A stretch of DNA of 64,000 nt from Promethearchaeota archaeon (GTDB lineage: Archaea; Asgardarchaeota; Odinarchaeia; Odinarchaeales; JBHLKK01), in assembly GCA_048939465.1 (NCBI GenBank), contig JBHLPL010000001.1, positions 23,562 to 87,561 of the forward strand, given 5' to 3'. A program made the position numbers and the translations under genes. Position 1 is the first letter of the stretch. Each line of letters opens with the position of its first letter. The notes under the pieces are model-generated. The model saw only the letters and a list, made by a program, of their open reading frames with translations, was not told the origin of the DNA and did no database searches. Below are positions 21,140-31,564 of the stretch, one piece after another.

Positions 21140-21646
21140 TTATAGGTGTTGAAAACCATCGAGTAACTCTCTGGATTGCTCCTTGAAATCCTCCAAATCT
21201 CTATCGACGATTTCGTGGGATTCCAGCTCTTTTGCCTTCTCTATCTCTTTTCCTATGGCTTCATTGAGCGTAGGAGCGGCCATGGGTGCTTCTTCTTTGG
21301 CAAATGCTTTGGCAAACACAAGCGATTTGAGCCTGCCATAAGCATACTTCCTAAACTCATCTTCCTTCCTCTTTGATAGCCAGGCCCGTCCCAGATACGC
21401 GACGGTGTTTGCCGCTCCCGATATCCCCTCAAATTTCTCAGCTTGTATCAAAGCAAGGCCGGATAATCCCTTATCTTCAATACCAATAAGCACTGGTCGT
21501 TCCGAGGTCCTCAATATGGCAATTGATGACGCGAAACCAAATAGATCTATGTACTCAATTTCGTAACCTACGCCTCTCCGGCGCAACATGCGTATAGCAT
21601 CTTCGAAGTTTTCGGGCTTTTCAGACATCTTCCTCTCAACTAGCAA
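21140..21646 (-). CDS. hypothetical protein (downstream of gelsolin-domain gene, same strand)
   Basis: 168 aa ORF, no recognised motif. Confidence 0.35.
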   Translation of the reverse strand: MLVERKMSEKPENFEDAIRMLRRRGVGYEIEYIDLFGFASSIAILRTSERPVLIGIEDKGLSGLALIQAEKFEGISGAANTVAYLGRAWLSKRKEDEFRKYAYGRLKSLVFAKAFAKEEAPMAAPTLNEAIGKEIEKAKELESHEIVDRDLEDFKEQSRELLDGFQHL

Positions 21647-21686
21647 TTCAAAATTCTGTTAATTGATACTCCAAATCTCGTTTGAA

Positions 21687-22541
21687 TTAGTTCGTGGGTA
21701 AGTTCTTGGCCACTTCGACGAATATCTTTTGAATTCTTATCTTCTTTTCCTCGCCGCCAAAAGTTGATTCGGGAGATATGATCAACTTTGAACCATCTAC
21801 CCTAAACTTGCATACTGTACCATCGGGCGCTTCCAGTTCATATTCTTCGCTTTCTTTTGCTGATCGACAATTCACATATAGCTCGGGGTATTCTTTCATC
21901 ACGCTTGTGATTAGGATACCTGTTTTGATACTGCCCAAAACGTCGCTTAAACTCTCCTTGGGGGCCGAAGGAGTCTCGCTCGCATTACTCACTTGGCTCA
22001 TTATCTCTTGGGGAGTTATTTTCAAGACCGCTGGTGTTGATGGTTCAGGCTGTACGTTCACATCAACTTCCGGGGAAGCTTGCGGTTCAGGAGGTTGAGG
22101 AGCAGGCTGAATTATTGTTTCAACTTCAGGCAAGCCCACAGGTTTGGCAGCAATAGCCTTATCTCCAAAAGAGACAAGGAATTTGCCAACAGGTGAAAAA
22201 TCCGACTGTACCAATCTCTTCAGTTTTTCGTATTTCTCCTTCATATCGGATTCTCCCAAGAGACTTTCCTCGATAACCTCTAGTGTCTTAATGCCTTTGC
22301 CTACAAGGATATTCTGAACCTCGTATCCGAATCGTTTGATAGAATTAGCAATCCGACTTGCTGCTCTTTTCCGGACAAAACTGATCTGCTGGCCGATCCA
22401 AAGCCAGACCACCTCATTCGGCTCATCAATTACAACTACCACATTTTCTCCCTTTAGACTTTCCTCGGAAAATGGTATCAGTACACTTTCTCCACTCTCA
22501 TCTAAGCTGAGCATCAGACTGTATCTTGATATCTTTGACAT
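21687..22541 (-). CDS. gelsolin-domain protein (gelsolin/villin fold N-terminal, Pro-rich linker, C-terminal extension)
   Basis: N-terminal ~90 aa VVVVIDEPNEVVWLWIGQQISFVRKRAASRIANSIKRFGY matches the gelsolin repeat pattern (hydrophobic strand-D-x-G-x-hydrophobic-W-x-G-x-x-S..E/K..A); followed by PQPPEPQ linker. Confidence 0.5.
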   Translation of the reverse strand: MSKISRYSLMLSLDESGESVLIPFSEESLKGENVVVVIDEPNEVVWLWIGQQISFVRKRAASRIANSIKRFGYEVQNILVGKGIKTLEVIEESLLGESDMKEKYEKLKRLVQSDFSPVGKFLVSFGDKAIAAKPVGLPEVETIIQPAPQPPEPQASPEVDVNVQPEPSTPAVLKITPQEIMSQVSNASETPSAPKESLSDVLGSIKTGILITSVMKEYPELYVNCRSAKESEEYELEAPDGTVCKFRVDGSKLIISPESTFGGEEKKIRIQKIFVEVAKNLPTN

Positions 22542-22632
22542 ATTAATTCACCAATCCATCCGCAAGGAAGCCCACAATTTCAGTCGTGATTTCTTGACTA
22601 ATTAACTTTTTCTACATTTTCGCTATAAAATG

Positions 22633-24399
22633 TTAAGATTGTTTTTTCTTTCTTAGCTTCATTTTATACATTTGTGTTATCTCCTCTTCGGTTGTAGCAT
22701 CTTCAGGGGCCTTATCTTGACGCCAATTGCCGGTAAACCTTGGAAATCTTATGGCAAGCCCGCTTCCTTTTGCTACTTTATCAAAACCGCATGTGTGAGT
22801 TGGACTCAATGTGATCTCAGCCCCTTTCACTTCTAACACTGAGTTGGGCACGAACCAAACATCTGCATCCTGCTGCGAATTAACTCGGGAATGTATATGA
22901 TCTATCTTGTATTTTCTTAACTTTGATGGTAATGCCTCGAGTTCCTCGTCACTGAATCCGCTTCCAACTCTTGCTACAGTCTTAAAAACATCGTTCTCCG
23001 GGTCGTAACATGCAAGCAGTAATGCTCCATAGGTTCCAGCCCTTCTTCCACGACCCATGAAAGCACCAACAACCACTAAATCAACAGTATCTGCCAGTTC
23101 ACTTATGGCTTCTCTTTTGAACTTTATCCAAAGCCAGCCTCTGGCACCCGCTTGATATATGGAATCGGGATTAATTGATTTTGCCATTAGACCTTCACAG
23201 CCTGCTTCAACAGCCTCATCAAAGAAATCTTCCAGATCTTTCGGAGATTCCACGGTCCTCTGGTTCGCGATTCTGATCCTCTTATTGCCTTTCACAATTC
23301 TTATTAGCTCCTCTCTTCTCCTGGGGTATGGCTCCTTAATTAAATCCTTTCCATTGATCAGAAGGCTATCAAAAAGGAATAAGCTTACGGGATACTCTTC
23401 CATAGCCCTTTTTACTTCGTATTTTCTTCTCCTATGCATGAGTTCTTGAAATGGTCTGAACTCATCCGTATCCAAATCAATTGCAACAACCTCACCCTCA
23501 ATGATTGCCTCCCTAGCCTTTATGTTACTACGGATTAAGGCGACTATATCGGGGTATTGTTGAGTAATATTCTCAAGTCTCCTTGAAAAAATCCTTATAA
23601 TATTCTCCTTCTTATGTATTTGAAGCCTTTCGCCGTCGTATTTGTATTCTGCTGCAAGCCTTCCTCCCAACTTCTCCAATATCCCCTCAGGATCTGTAAG
23701 TCTCTGAGCAGCCATCATACGGATTGGTTTACCTACCTCTATTGAGAACTTCTTTATGGCTTTGATTCCTTCCTTTGCCAATGCTTTTGCCACATATCCC
23801 AGGTCAGAACTCAGGTTATATGCTTCTTCGATTGGAGGACGATTCTCTTTGCCTCCGGCAAAGGCTTGAGCCAAAGTGTCTAGTATGGTCATATCGGCTA
23901 TTCCAAGTCTGAGCGTCCCTGTTACGGTCCTTGCCAAGAATTTTGCCTCAATGGGCCTGGCGCTAAGCAGCAATCCTGAGAAGAGTCTCTTCTTCAACCC
24001 GACAGAACCTGCCCCGCTCGCGGCAGCAATCTTATCTAGTCTATTATAGACCTCATCAATAGTCAAGGGTTTAGCAAGAAGAGATCTCTGTTTTTTCTCT
24101 CTCGTTTCATATTCGGCAGTTAACCCTATGTCACCCATTTTCAATAGGGTCTTTTCTATGTGGCTATTCCTAACTCCGACTGCGATTGATATGGCATCAA
24201 CGACCATTTTTTCGGCCATGCCTATTTCGGGCAGCCCCATCCAGTCTGGATGCAGTTTTCCTTGCGTAAGATAAATAACCTTGTCTATGATTTGTATGGG
24301 AGTCTTCTCAAACAAGTCCGTTAGCAAATCAATCATTTCTAGTCTTTTTGATGTGTCCTCAATCTTTGAGTAGTATTCACACAAAGTCTCATATCTCAT
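22633..24399 (-). CDS. lig: ATP-dependent DNA ligase
   Basis: 588 aa; adenylation motif I EYKYDGERLQIH (KxDG); archaeal/eukaryal Lig architecture. Confidence 0.9.
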   Translation of the reverse strand: MRYETLCEYYSKIEDTSKRLEMIDLLTDLFEKTPIQIIDKVIYLTQGKLHPDWMGLPEIGMAEKMVVDAISIAVGVRNSHIEKTLLKMGDIGLTAEYETREKKQRSLLAKPLTIDEVYNRLDKIAAASGAGSVGLKKRLFSGLLLSARPIEAKFLARTVTGTLRLGIADMTILDTLAQAFAGGKENRPPIEEAYNLSSDLGYVAKALAKEGIKAIKKFSIEVGKPIRMMAAQRLTDPEGILEKLGGRLAAEYKYDGERLQIHKKENIIRIFSRRLENITQQYPDIVALIRSNIKAREAIIEGEVVAIDLDTDEFRPFQELMHRRRKYEVKRAMEEYPVSLFLFDSLLINGKDLIKEPYPRRREELIRIVKGNKRIRIANQRTVESPKDLEDFFDEAVEAGCEGLMAKSINPDSIYQAGARGWLWIKFKREAISELADTVDLVVVGAFMGRGRRAGTYGALLLACYDPENDVFKTVARVGSGFSDEELEALPSKLRKYKIDHIHSRVNSQQDADVWFVPNSVLEVKGAEITLSPTHTCGFDKVAKGSGLAIRFPRFTGNWRQDKAPEDATTEEEITQMYKMKLRKKKQS

Positions 24400-24500
24400 A
24401 TTCAGTTCCCTACAACAGATTAATCATTAACTCCTTGTGAGTTTCTCTTTATTTTACTTTCCCCCGCCCTCCGGCATTTGACGTTAAAGATAAATACGGT

Positions 24501-25763
24501 TTGTTTGTAATAGATATGCGTGGTGATACTTTGGCCAATGAACCACCATCTTCACTTTCTGAATCGCAGAATTCTAGAATGCACGAACATGGCGAGGTCA
24601 AAATTGGTAAGGGCGAGATAGCCATAATTATGTGCGTGGCAGCGATATACGTTTATCTTCGTTTCTTCTATGCAGCGGATACCCTTTTTGGTTTCCCTAT
24701 GGATTACTTACTACTGCCTATAGGATTCACTATAGGTGTTTGGCTTGCACTTAGAATGAGTGATCTGGCTATCAAGGGACTGGCTGCAACAGCTATATAC
24801 TTCGGCCTAAGCCTATATGTAGTAGGAGTCCTATCCAGCATTGCATCTAACACACCGGAACTCGTAGTCGGGCTTTTGATGTCATGGAGGGGTTACACAC
24901 ACCCAGATCCGGTTCTAGGTTTGACTCTAACTGAGACTTCTATCTTGACGGTTCTTACAGCCTCTGGTTTCAACACCCTTCTTCTAAGCCTAATAATCCT
25001 TTTGGGCTCAAGGAAGAGTGGATATGTTAAAGTGCCTCGAGAACTAATTCTTAGCGAATCTGAGCTCATAAGGAGCACGTTTATTGCAATAATGATGATT
25101 TTTACGTTTGGTCTTATACTCCATGTTTTTCCGATAGGCGGGGGTGAAGGCGGAATCGGATATATCCCCCCCTTAGTTGCATTCTGCTTATTGCTGATAT
25201 ACCTTTTCTACGTCGTTCAGCTGTTGAGAAGAAAAGAACATGATTTGATGGTTTCGCCAGCAAGAACTGAATCTCCAAAACCTTCAGAAAACGAACGCCG
25301 TGAACGCACCGCCGGTATTTCTATGAAAATGGCGGTCGTTTTCATGATTGTGTCTTTTCTTGGGATTTTTGCTGCTGGAGAGGTGATCACAAGCACAGTG
25401 GAACTTACTATTGAACACTTCGAGCTTGAGGTTCCCGTTGTCGCTCTCATAGTGGGTGCCTGTGGTTCGATACCTGAGCATGGCATCGCACTGGTTGCTG
25501 CGAGGAGAGGGCAACTTAATGTAGCTCTGGGCAATATCATTGGCGGATTGGCGCAGATAGTGTTGATGGTCTTGGGTGTTGTGGGTATTGTTGTTCCGAT
25601 ACCACTCGACGCCTTTGTTTTGTTTCAACTGATAGTAACCGGCTGGGTCCTATACTATGTCAAACGTGCAATACTTGATGACGAACGTCTCGACTTCATG
25701 GAGGGATTCATAATCCTGATCTTCCAAATAATTGCGTTCTCACTACTACTGGGACTTCTATGA
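24501..25763 (+). CDS. Ca2+/cation antiporter (CaCA family, Na+/Ca2+ exchanger-like)
   Basis: two alpha-repeats with the CaCA signature (SSIASNTPELVVG and CGSIPEHGIALVAA); ~10 TM helices; start likely downstream of 24501. Confidence 0.6.
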   Translation: MFVIDMRGDTLANEPPSSLSESQNSRMHEHGEVKIGKGEIAIIMCVAAIYVYLRFFYAADTLFGFPMDYLLLPIGFTIGVWLALRMSDLAIKGLAATAIYFGLSLYVVGVLSSIASNTPELVVGLLMSWRGYTHPDPVLGLTLTETSILTVLTASGFNTLLLSLIILLGSRKSGYVKVPRELILSESELIRSTFIAIMMIFTFGLILHVFPIGGGEGGIGYIPPLVAFCLLLIYLFYVVQLLRRKEHDLMVSPARTESPKPSENERRERTAGISMKMAVVFMIVSFLGIFAAGEVITSTVELTIEHFELEVPVVALIVGACGSIPEHGIALVAARRGQLNVALGNIIGGLAQIVLMVLGVVGIVVPIPLDAFVLFQLIVTGWVLYYVKRAILDDERLDFMEGFIILIFQIIAFSLLLGLL

Positions 25764-25786
25764 TCCTAGATCGCTTAAAAAAACTC

Positions 25787-26503
25787 TCACTTCTTCATCA
25801 TGATTGCAATCGGCACGCTTGCCTCGCGCCATTTGGCATACTTCCCCTCGTATTCGATCTGAATCTCGTGCCGTCCATGATCCCCGAGTACAATCAATAG
25901 AGTTCCAGGTATGGCTTGCTTAAAGAGAGACAGAATCCAGTTATCCGTACGTGTAATTAATTTCTGGGCTATTTCTTCTGGTGGCTGAGTGCTGTATTTT
26001 TGATACATGGCCTCAAAATCCAGAAAGTGGAGCCAAATGAAGTCCACCCTGTTAATCACTTTTATCGCTTCAATATACGTTCTCATGTCATCCTCGGCTG
26101 CTTTTGCTTTGGTTTTTCCCATGAACATTACTAAATCCTCTGCCCTCCCGATCATGGTAACGTTTTTCCTGCTCTTAGCCAAGAAATCCAACAAATGGAA
26201 CTTCTTCTTTGAGGCACTTCCGTAGACTATCTCGTTTAAGACATTGAACGTATGAGGGTCTTCTGTATTTAATACCAGTATCGCCTCTGAGGTTTTTATC
26301 AAAAACTTGGGCTTATAATATGTACATTCGAAAAGTCCAAAGTTGTCGAAGATGGCCAATATTACATGGTCTGATCTGAATTCATCTATTCCCGTAATGG
26401 GTGGAGGGATTTTCTTTGGAGGTTGCAGTCCTAGCAAATGGGATAGAGTAGCGGGAATTTGTGTCATGTTCCCTTCAAACGTAGGTAATTCCTCTTTGGC
26501 CAT
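25787..26503 (-). CDS. alkaline-phosphatase-superfamily (metalloenzyme/phosphodiesterase-like) protein
   Basis: 238 aa; C-terminal LLIVLGDHGRHE resembles the conserved DHG metal-binding motif of the AP/type-I phosphodiesterase superfamily. Confidence 0.35.
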   Translation of the reverse strand: MAKEELPTFEGNMTQIPATLSHLLGLQPPKKIPPPITGIDEFRSDHVILAIFDNFGLFECTYYKPKFLIKTSEAILVLNTEDPHTFNVLNEIVYGSASKKKFHLLDFLAKSRKNVTMIGRAEDLVMFMGKTKAKAAEDDMRTYIEAIKVINRVDFIWLHFLDFEAMYQKYSTQPPEEIAQKLITRTDNWILSLFKQAIPGTLLIVLGDHGRHEIQIEYEGKYAKWREASVPIAIMMKK

Positions 26504-26595
26504 TGGACTTCATCTACCGATACCTGAACGATAAGTAAGTATTAGCTTTAAATAACTTCTTTCATATATTAAATTACACACTGCGAGGGACACAC

Positions 26596-26691
26596 ATGTC
26601 CAGGAGATGGAGAAGAATATTAGGTGGGCTCTTCTTTGTTATCCTCATGTTGGCTGGGCTTTTTACATACCTAGTACTCTACTTCTTGTAA
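26596..26691 (+). CDS. possible small single-TM protein (31 aa), absent from the ORF track
   Basis: MSRRWRRILGGLFFVILMLAGLFTYLVLYFL: positive N-terminus plus one hydrophobic helix; sits in an otherwise empty 200-nt gap. Confidence 0.2.
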   Translation: MSRRWRRILGGLFFVILMLAGLFTYLVLYFL

Positions 26692-26711
26692 TGATTAATT
26701 ATTAATCGTGC

Positions 26712-28097
26712 TTGCAGGATTTTGTTTGTAAAACCTGCGAACGAAAGCAGATAATTGAGGGATTGAAATTGCCGGGACTTGAAATTACTTTGCTTGGTGG
26801 TGCCCGTGAAGTTGGCCGATCTTGCATCTTGATATCTGGGGGGAGTTCACATTTGCTATTAGATGCAGGCATAAAACTGGGTGTAGATCCTCCAGAGAAA
26901 TACCCGCTAATTCCGCCTGAAACACCTGATGCCATAATAAACTCTCATGCGCATCTCGATCACACAGGTTTTGTGCCCGCTTTTGTGAAGAGGTATGATT
27001 GCCCGGTGTATGCTACACCGCCCACGCAAGATATATCTGAGCTGCTGTTTATGGACTCAATCAAAATCTCTAAGGAGGCTGATGAAGAACCACCTTATGA
27101 CGTAGAGGATGTTATGGCCGTAAGAAGACGCGCCATTGATTTGTATTATAACGTTCCTATTGAAATGCAGGATGCAAGAATCGTGCTGTACAGAGCCGGA
27201 CATATCTTAGGCTCAGCCATGATAAAGCTTGAACTTGCAGGGATCTCCATTCTCTACACTGGAGATTTCAGTATGAGAAATACGCGTACGCTTCAAATGG
27301 CGGATTTCAACGTAGGAAAAATCGATGTTCTTGTAATAGAATCCACCTATGGGTCACCCTCAGATAAGCATCCGAGCCATAAAAGAATTGGTCGTGAATT
27401 TGCCAATGCCGTAGACAGGACAACAAAACGCGGGGGAAAAGTAATCATTCCAGTTTTTGCCGTCGGACGAGCTCAGCAGGTAATGCTAATGCTGGAAGAT
27501 TATATGCGGAGCAACTATATCGATCAAGTGAATATCTTTGTTGATGGGCTTGTCAGAAGAGTAAATAGAGTCTATGAACTCTATTGGGAGTGGTTGAAAC
27601 CGGAGATTCAGAAAAGGATACGATATACTCATAGTAGTCCATTAGAATCTGAGATCTTTCATGTTGTGGGAGACCGCGATGAACCGATAGAATATGATGG
27701 ACCATGCATAATCATCACTACTTCAGGAATGGTTGAGGGAGGACCGGTCTTACATTACCTTAAGGAGTTAGGTAACGATCCCAGTAACTTGATATGCTTA
27801 ACTGGCTATCAGGCCCCAAAGACTCGTGGAAGAGCTCTTCTTGATGGTTCGAGAGAACTAACGGTTCACAATAACACAAAAATCGACATTTCTGCAGAGG
27901 TTTTAACCTTTGAATTTAGCGCTCATGCTGATCGGTCAAACATTCATAGGTTTGTCTCCATGCTTAACGGGGTGAGGCATGTTCTATGCGTCCACGGTGA
28001 AGAAGCGAAAACGATAGCGTTGGCAAATAGCATAAAGAAATTGAAAAAAGTAGATGCATACGCTCCAAAAATTGGAGAGACTATTGATTTAGTATGA
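26712..28097 (+). CDS. beta-CASP family metallo-beta-lactamase ribonuclease (aCPSF2/RNase J-like, no KH domains)
   Basis: MBL motif INSHAHLDHTG (HxHxDH); further His/Asp motifs (FSAHAD, VLCVHGE); ~460 aa. Confidence 0.8.
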   Translation: MQDFVCKTCERKQIIEGLKLPGLEITLLGGAREVGRSCILISGGSSHLLLDAGIKLGVDPPEKYPLIPPETPDAIINSHAHLDHTGFVPAFVKRYDCPVYATPPTQDISELLFMDSIKISKEADEEPPYDVEDVMAVRRRAIDLYYNVPIEMQDARIVLYRAGHILGSAMIKLELAGISILYTGDFSMRNTRTLQMADFNVGKIDVLVIESTYGSPSDKHPSHKRIGREFANAVDRTTKRGGKVIIPVFAVGRAQQVMLMLEDYMRSNYIDQVNIFVDGLVRRVNRVYELYWEWLKPEIQKRIRYTHSSPLESEIFHVVGDRDEPIEYDGPCIIITTSGMVEGGPVLHYLKELGNDPSNLICLTGYQAPKTRGRALLDGSRELTVHNNTKIDISAEVLTFEFSAHADRSNIHRFVSMLNGVRHVLCVHGEEAKTIALANSIKKLKKVDAYAPKIGETIDLV

Positions 28098-28358
28098 TTC
28101 TACCGGTTTTCTAACTGTTGCAATAGTCCTGTCTGAATGACCATTGCTTTTCATCTCATCTATGTTTAGCCACACTTCATTCTCCGGGATGTCCGGATTG
28201 GCAAGAGCACTAAAAGAAAACCGTCTCTTGTTAACGACGATCTCAATAGTATTGCCGACATTCACTCCTATGCTTCTGAGGATCTTTGCGTTCAAAACAG
28301 CTTCACCGGTCTTAACCTCTGTTTTCTGCATTAGTCTCATTCTCTTTTCCATATCCAA
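28089..28358 (-). CDS. small AbrB/MazE-like (swapped-hairpin) domain protein
   Basis: 89 aa; GEAVLNAKILRSIGVNVGNTIEIVV resembles the SpoVT/AbrB fold pattern. Confidence 0.3.
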   Translation of the reverse strand: MDMEKRMRLMQKTEVKTGEAVLNAKILRSIGVNVGNTIEIVVNKRRFSFSALANPDIPENEVWLNIDEMKSNGHSDRTIATVRKPVESY

Positions 28359-28400
28359 ACCTCAGTTAAGCAGTACTATAGGGAACCTCCAGGCTTAAAT

Positions 28401-30137
28401 CTATATGGTTTTTCCGAGCTCTTCAAACCCGATTCTTTCCTTGAAAAACTCGCCAAAAAGCTTGCCTAGATCTTCTATTTTGTTTCGCAACTGCTGCCAG
28501 CTATCTCGATTTCTTATCGTTACCGTATCATCCTCCAGAGTTTGATAGTCTACCGTTACTGCTACTGGAGTCCCGATTTCATCCGACCTGGCATATCTAC
28601 GTCCGATGCTTCCAGACACATCCAATTCTGCCCTAAATCCTTCTTCAAGTAACATGTTATAGATGTCTTGTGCGACTTCGGGGAGTTTGTCTCTTTCCAA
28701 TAGAGGAAATACTGCAATCTGTATTGGCGTAATGGCCGGAGGAAGCCTCAATATGATCCTCTTCTCTCTCTCAGAGTAAGCACATTCCAAAGCCGAATAT
28801 ACGAGTCTATCCGCCCCAAATGAGGGTTCTATGACGTGTGGAATGAATCTGGAACCAGATGCCTTCTCCGTTCTCTCATCAAAAGTTAAGAGTTCAGAAC
28901 CTACGCGGTTTTCTCCTATTAAATAAAAACCGTCCTCTCTTACAGATTTCTGGACAATCTCGGGATCACTTCCTTTCAGAGAAGAAAGAATCTCTCCTGT
29001 TGCGTTACCGAACTTCTCTCTTATCGCCTTTACGTGTGGCTTAATTATGGTTCTCTTTACAATCTTAGGCTGTTCGTATTGTTTGAAAGCACGAAGATCG
29101 GTTCCACTAAATTTCATATGTCTGCCTAGGTCCCAGTCAGTCCTGTAAGCGTGTCCCGCTACCTCTGACCAACCAAATCTCTCCAAAAGAACTTGATGGT
29201 CTATAGTCTGTTTGGAATAATGCGCTCTTTCCCATGGAAGTTGCTCCCTAAATCGCTGTTTCTCTGGAGGGACACCAAGACTTGAAACGAAAGACTTTGA
29301 TATAACTAGAAAATAAGCTATCCACTCACTGACAACTACTCCCCTTTTAACAGCTTCTCTTGCTGTAATGACTTCTGTATCGCCTTCCTTTTGCTGGGCA
29401 TCCGACGTCAGAATAGCCAGTTCCTCATTCTCTACATCAACTAACCTAGCACATGAAGCCAACTCGCTCGGATCAATGAAGACTTCAACTTCCATAATGG
29501 TGAACTCACGAAGGCGGATTACCCCCTTTCTGGGTGAAATTTCGTTTCTAAACGTACGACCAATCTGAGCAATACCTAGAGGCAGTTGTTCACGCTTTGC
29601 ACTAAATATGCGCTTGAAGTCTACGAACATTCCCTGAGCTGCTTCCGGTCTAGCGTAACCAACATTCCCTCCGTACGGGCCAATTGTCGTTCTAAACATC
29701 AGATTGAATAGTTCAACTTTGCCCAGAGATCCACCGCAATCCGGGCAGGTAATGTTATTCTCTTTTATCAAACTATCGAGTTCTTCTGTGGTAAGCCCTT
29801 CAACGATCTTACCTATAGCGTTCTCGACCAAATGATCTGCTCTATACTGTTTCTTGCAATCCAGGCAGCCAACCATTGGGTCCGTGAAGTGATCTGAATG
29901 TCCGCTTGCCTTGAAAACCACTTGAGGCATAATTATGGGAGAATCTATCTCCACAAACTCTTGTTTAGTTATAAACCACTCACGCCACTTATCTTCCACA
30001 TTCCTTTTGAGTATGGCTCCGATCGGTCCATATGTTACGAATCCACTCAATCCGCCATATATCTCGAAACTTGGCCAAAGTATACCGCGTCTTCTACAAA
30101 GCTCCATGACTTTCTCGTATTTATCCAACGTCTTCAC
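28401..30137 (-). CDS. glyS: glycine--tRNA ligase (archaeal/eukaryal-type class II)
   Basis: 578 aa; N-terminus KVMELCRRRGILWPSFEIYGGLSGFVTYGPIG and class II motifs typical of dimeric GlyRS. Confidence 0.9.
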   Translation of the reverse strand: MKTLDKYEKVMELCRRRGILWPSFEIYGGLSGFVTYGPIGAILKRNVEDKWREWFITKQEFVEIDSPIIMPQVVFKASGHSDHFTDPMVGCLDCKKQYRADHLVENAIGKIVEGLTTEELDSLIKENNITCPDCGGSLGKVELFNLMFRTTIGPYGGNVGYARPEAAQGMFVDFKRIFSAKREQLPLGIAQIGRTFRNEISPRKGVIRLREFTIMEVEVFIDPSELASCARLVDVENEELAILTSDAQQKEGDTEVITAREAVKRGVVVSEWIAYFLVISKSFVSSLGVPPEKQRFREQLPWERAHYSKQTIDHQVLLERFGWSEVAGHAYRTDWDLGRHMKFSGTDLRAFKQYEQPKIVKRTIIKPHVKAIREKFGNATGEILSSLKGSDPEIVQKSVREDGFYLIGENRVGSELLTFDERTEKASGSRFIPHVIEPSFGADRLVYSALECAYSEREKRIILRLPPAITPIQIAVFPLLERDKLPEVAQDIYNMLLEEGFRAELDVSGSIGRRYARSDEIGTPVAVTVDYQTLEDDTVTIRNRDSWQQLRNKIEDLGKLFGEFFKERIGFEELGKTI

Positions 30138-30388
30138 ATTCCTGGCCGTCTTTATCCTGCAAAGAAATTCAGCCAGCAGGGATGGCGACAGACTACACTG
30201 AGTTAAATATGATTCTGGATATTAAATTTTGGGTAAAGAGACAAGAATCGAACTCCGTTAGTTTTTTCGACGGAAAACCCCTCCGCGGAAGCACGTGGGC
30301 AGAATCATCCATTTTCTGTCTCATATTCTAAACGTTAGCTAAACCTTATTCATAGTAACAATTGAGACAAATCAAGAAAGATTTTTGA

Positions 30389-31555
30389 ATGTCCGGTAAT
30401 TTAAATATTAGAGCCACTGAGGTGTTATGGATGCAAGTCTCGGCACAAAGGTTAGAGAGCATCAGGAGAATAATGACCAGAGAAGGAATAGATGTCTTGT
30501 TTTCTACAAAAACAGAAAACATATTCTACCTAGCTGGATTTGCCCCCTCAATAGTACCCTCTCTCGCGATCATCGTACCCGTGGATAATGAGGCAACTCT
30601 AATAGCCCCCTCTAATGTGCTGGCCCTAGCAGATGAGCCCTCAAAAATCAAAAGCATAAGACCCTACTTTCTGCATCCGACAGAAGGTGAAAGTGAAAGA
30701 AAGAGACCGGGCTTTCTTGATACTATTAAAACTGTACTGGGTGAAAACGGTCTGGAAAAAGGAATCATCGGGTTAGAATATGACGATATCTCGCTTTCTG
30801 TTTTTAATAGATTGAAGGATACACTGCCCGATGCTGGTTTCAAAGACTCATCCCCTCTAATTTGGGAAATGAGAATGATCAAAGAAGAATCTGAGCTCGA
30901 AACGATGTCTAAGACTATAGAGGTCGCTGAAATCGGATTAAGGACTGCCATCGAGATCATACAACCGGGTATTACAGAACTTGAAGTTGCTCTGGAGCTC
31001 CGGAATACAATGATCAGAGCCGGTGCCTCAAGAGACTTGTGCCTAGGCAGCGTGACATCTGGTCCACGCGCAGGTTCTCCCCGTGCGGCCACAGAGTCTA
31101 GAAAGATCGAGAAAGATGAGTTTGTGGTTATTAATGTCTGCATAATGTTTGACAATTACTGTGGACATGTAGCACGCACGATTTTCACAGGTACACCCAG
31201 AAAGGAGTGTAGAACACTCTTCAACGCAGCAAAGAACGTACTAAACGTCGCTTTGAAAGAAGCCAGACCTGGAACTACTGCCGGCGATCTTACTGTCGCA
31301 GTCTGCAAGAGGATAAGTAAACTGGGGTATATTGACTATCACAATTATCCGATAGGCTATGGTGTTGGCTTGAATCCACGTGAACCTCCGATCCTCGAGA
31401 CTGGTGATAATACACTTCTTCGCCCGGGAATGGTCTTGCACGTATATTCTAATATTTACATTCCTGAAGTATGGGGAATCAAGATTGGAGGACAGATACT
31501 TGTTGCTGAAGGAGAGTCGAAGATTATGGAGAAACTGCCCTTGGAGATGATTTGA
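30389..31555 (+). CDS. M24 family metallopeptidase (Xaa-Pro aminopeptidase/prolidase-like)
   Basis: creatinase N-domain plus pita-bread C-domain; metal ligand motifs HYPIGYGVGLNPREPP and DNYCGHVARTIF. Confidence 0.8.
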   Translation: MSGNLNIRATEVLWMQVSAQRLESIRRIMTREGIDVLFSTKTENIFYLAGFAPSIVPSLAIIVPVDNEATLIAPSNVLALADEPSKIKSIRPYFLHPTEGESERKRPGFLDTIKTVLGENGLEKGIIGLEYDDISLSVFNRLKDTLPDAGFKDSSPLIWEMRMIKEESELETMSKTIEVAEIGLRTAIEIIQPGITELEVALELRNTMIRAGASRDLCLGSVTSGPRAGSPRAATESRKIEKDEFVVINVCIMFDNYCGHVARTIFTGTPRKECRTLFNAAKNVLNVALKEARPGTTAGDLTVAVCKRISKLGYIDYHNYPIGYGVGLNPREPPILETGDNTLLRPGMVLHVYSNIYIPEVWGIKIGGQILVAEGESKIMEKLPLEMI

Positions 31556-31564
31556 TTTGGAGGT

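Noticed and set aside
30250-30330. tRNA-like T-loop fragment (ggagttcgattc on minus strand) in the glyS/M24-peptidase divergent intergenic region
   Set aside because: Could not build a 5-bp T-stem or complementary acceptor stem around it; likely coincidental
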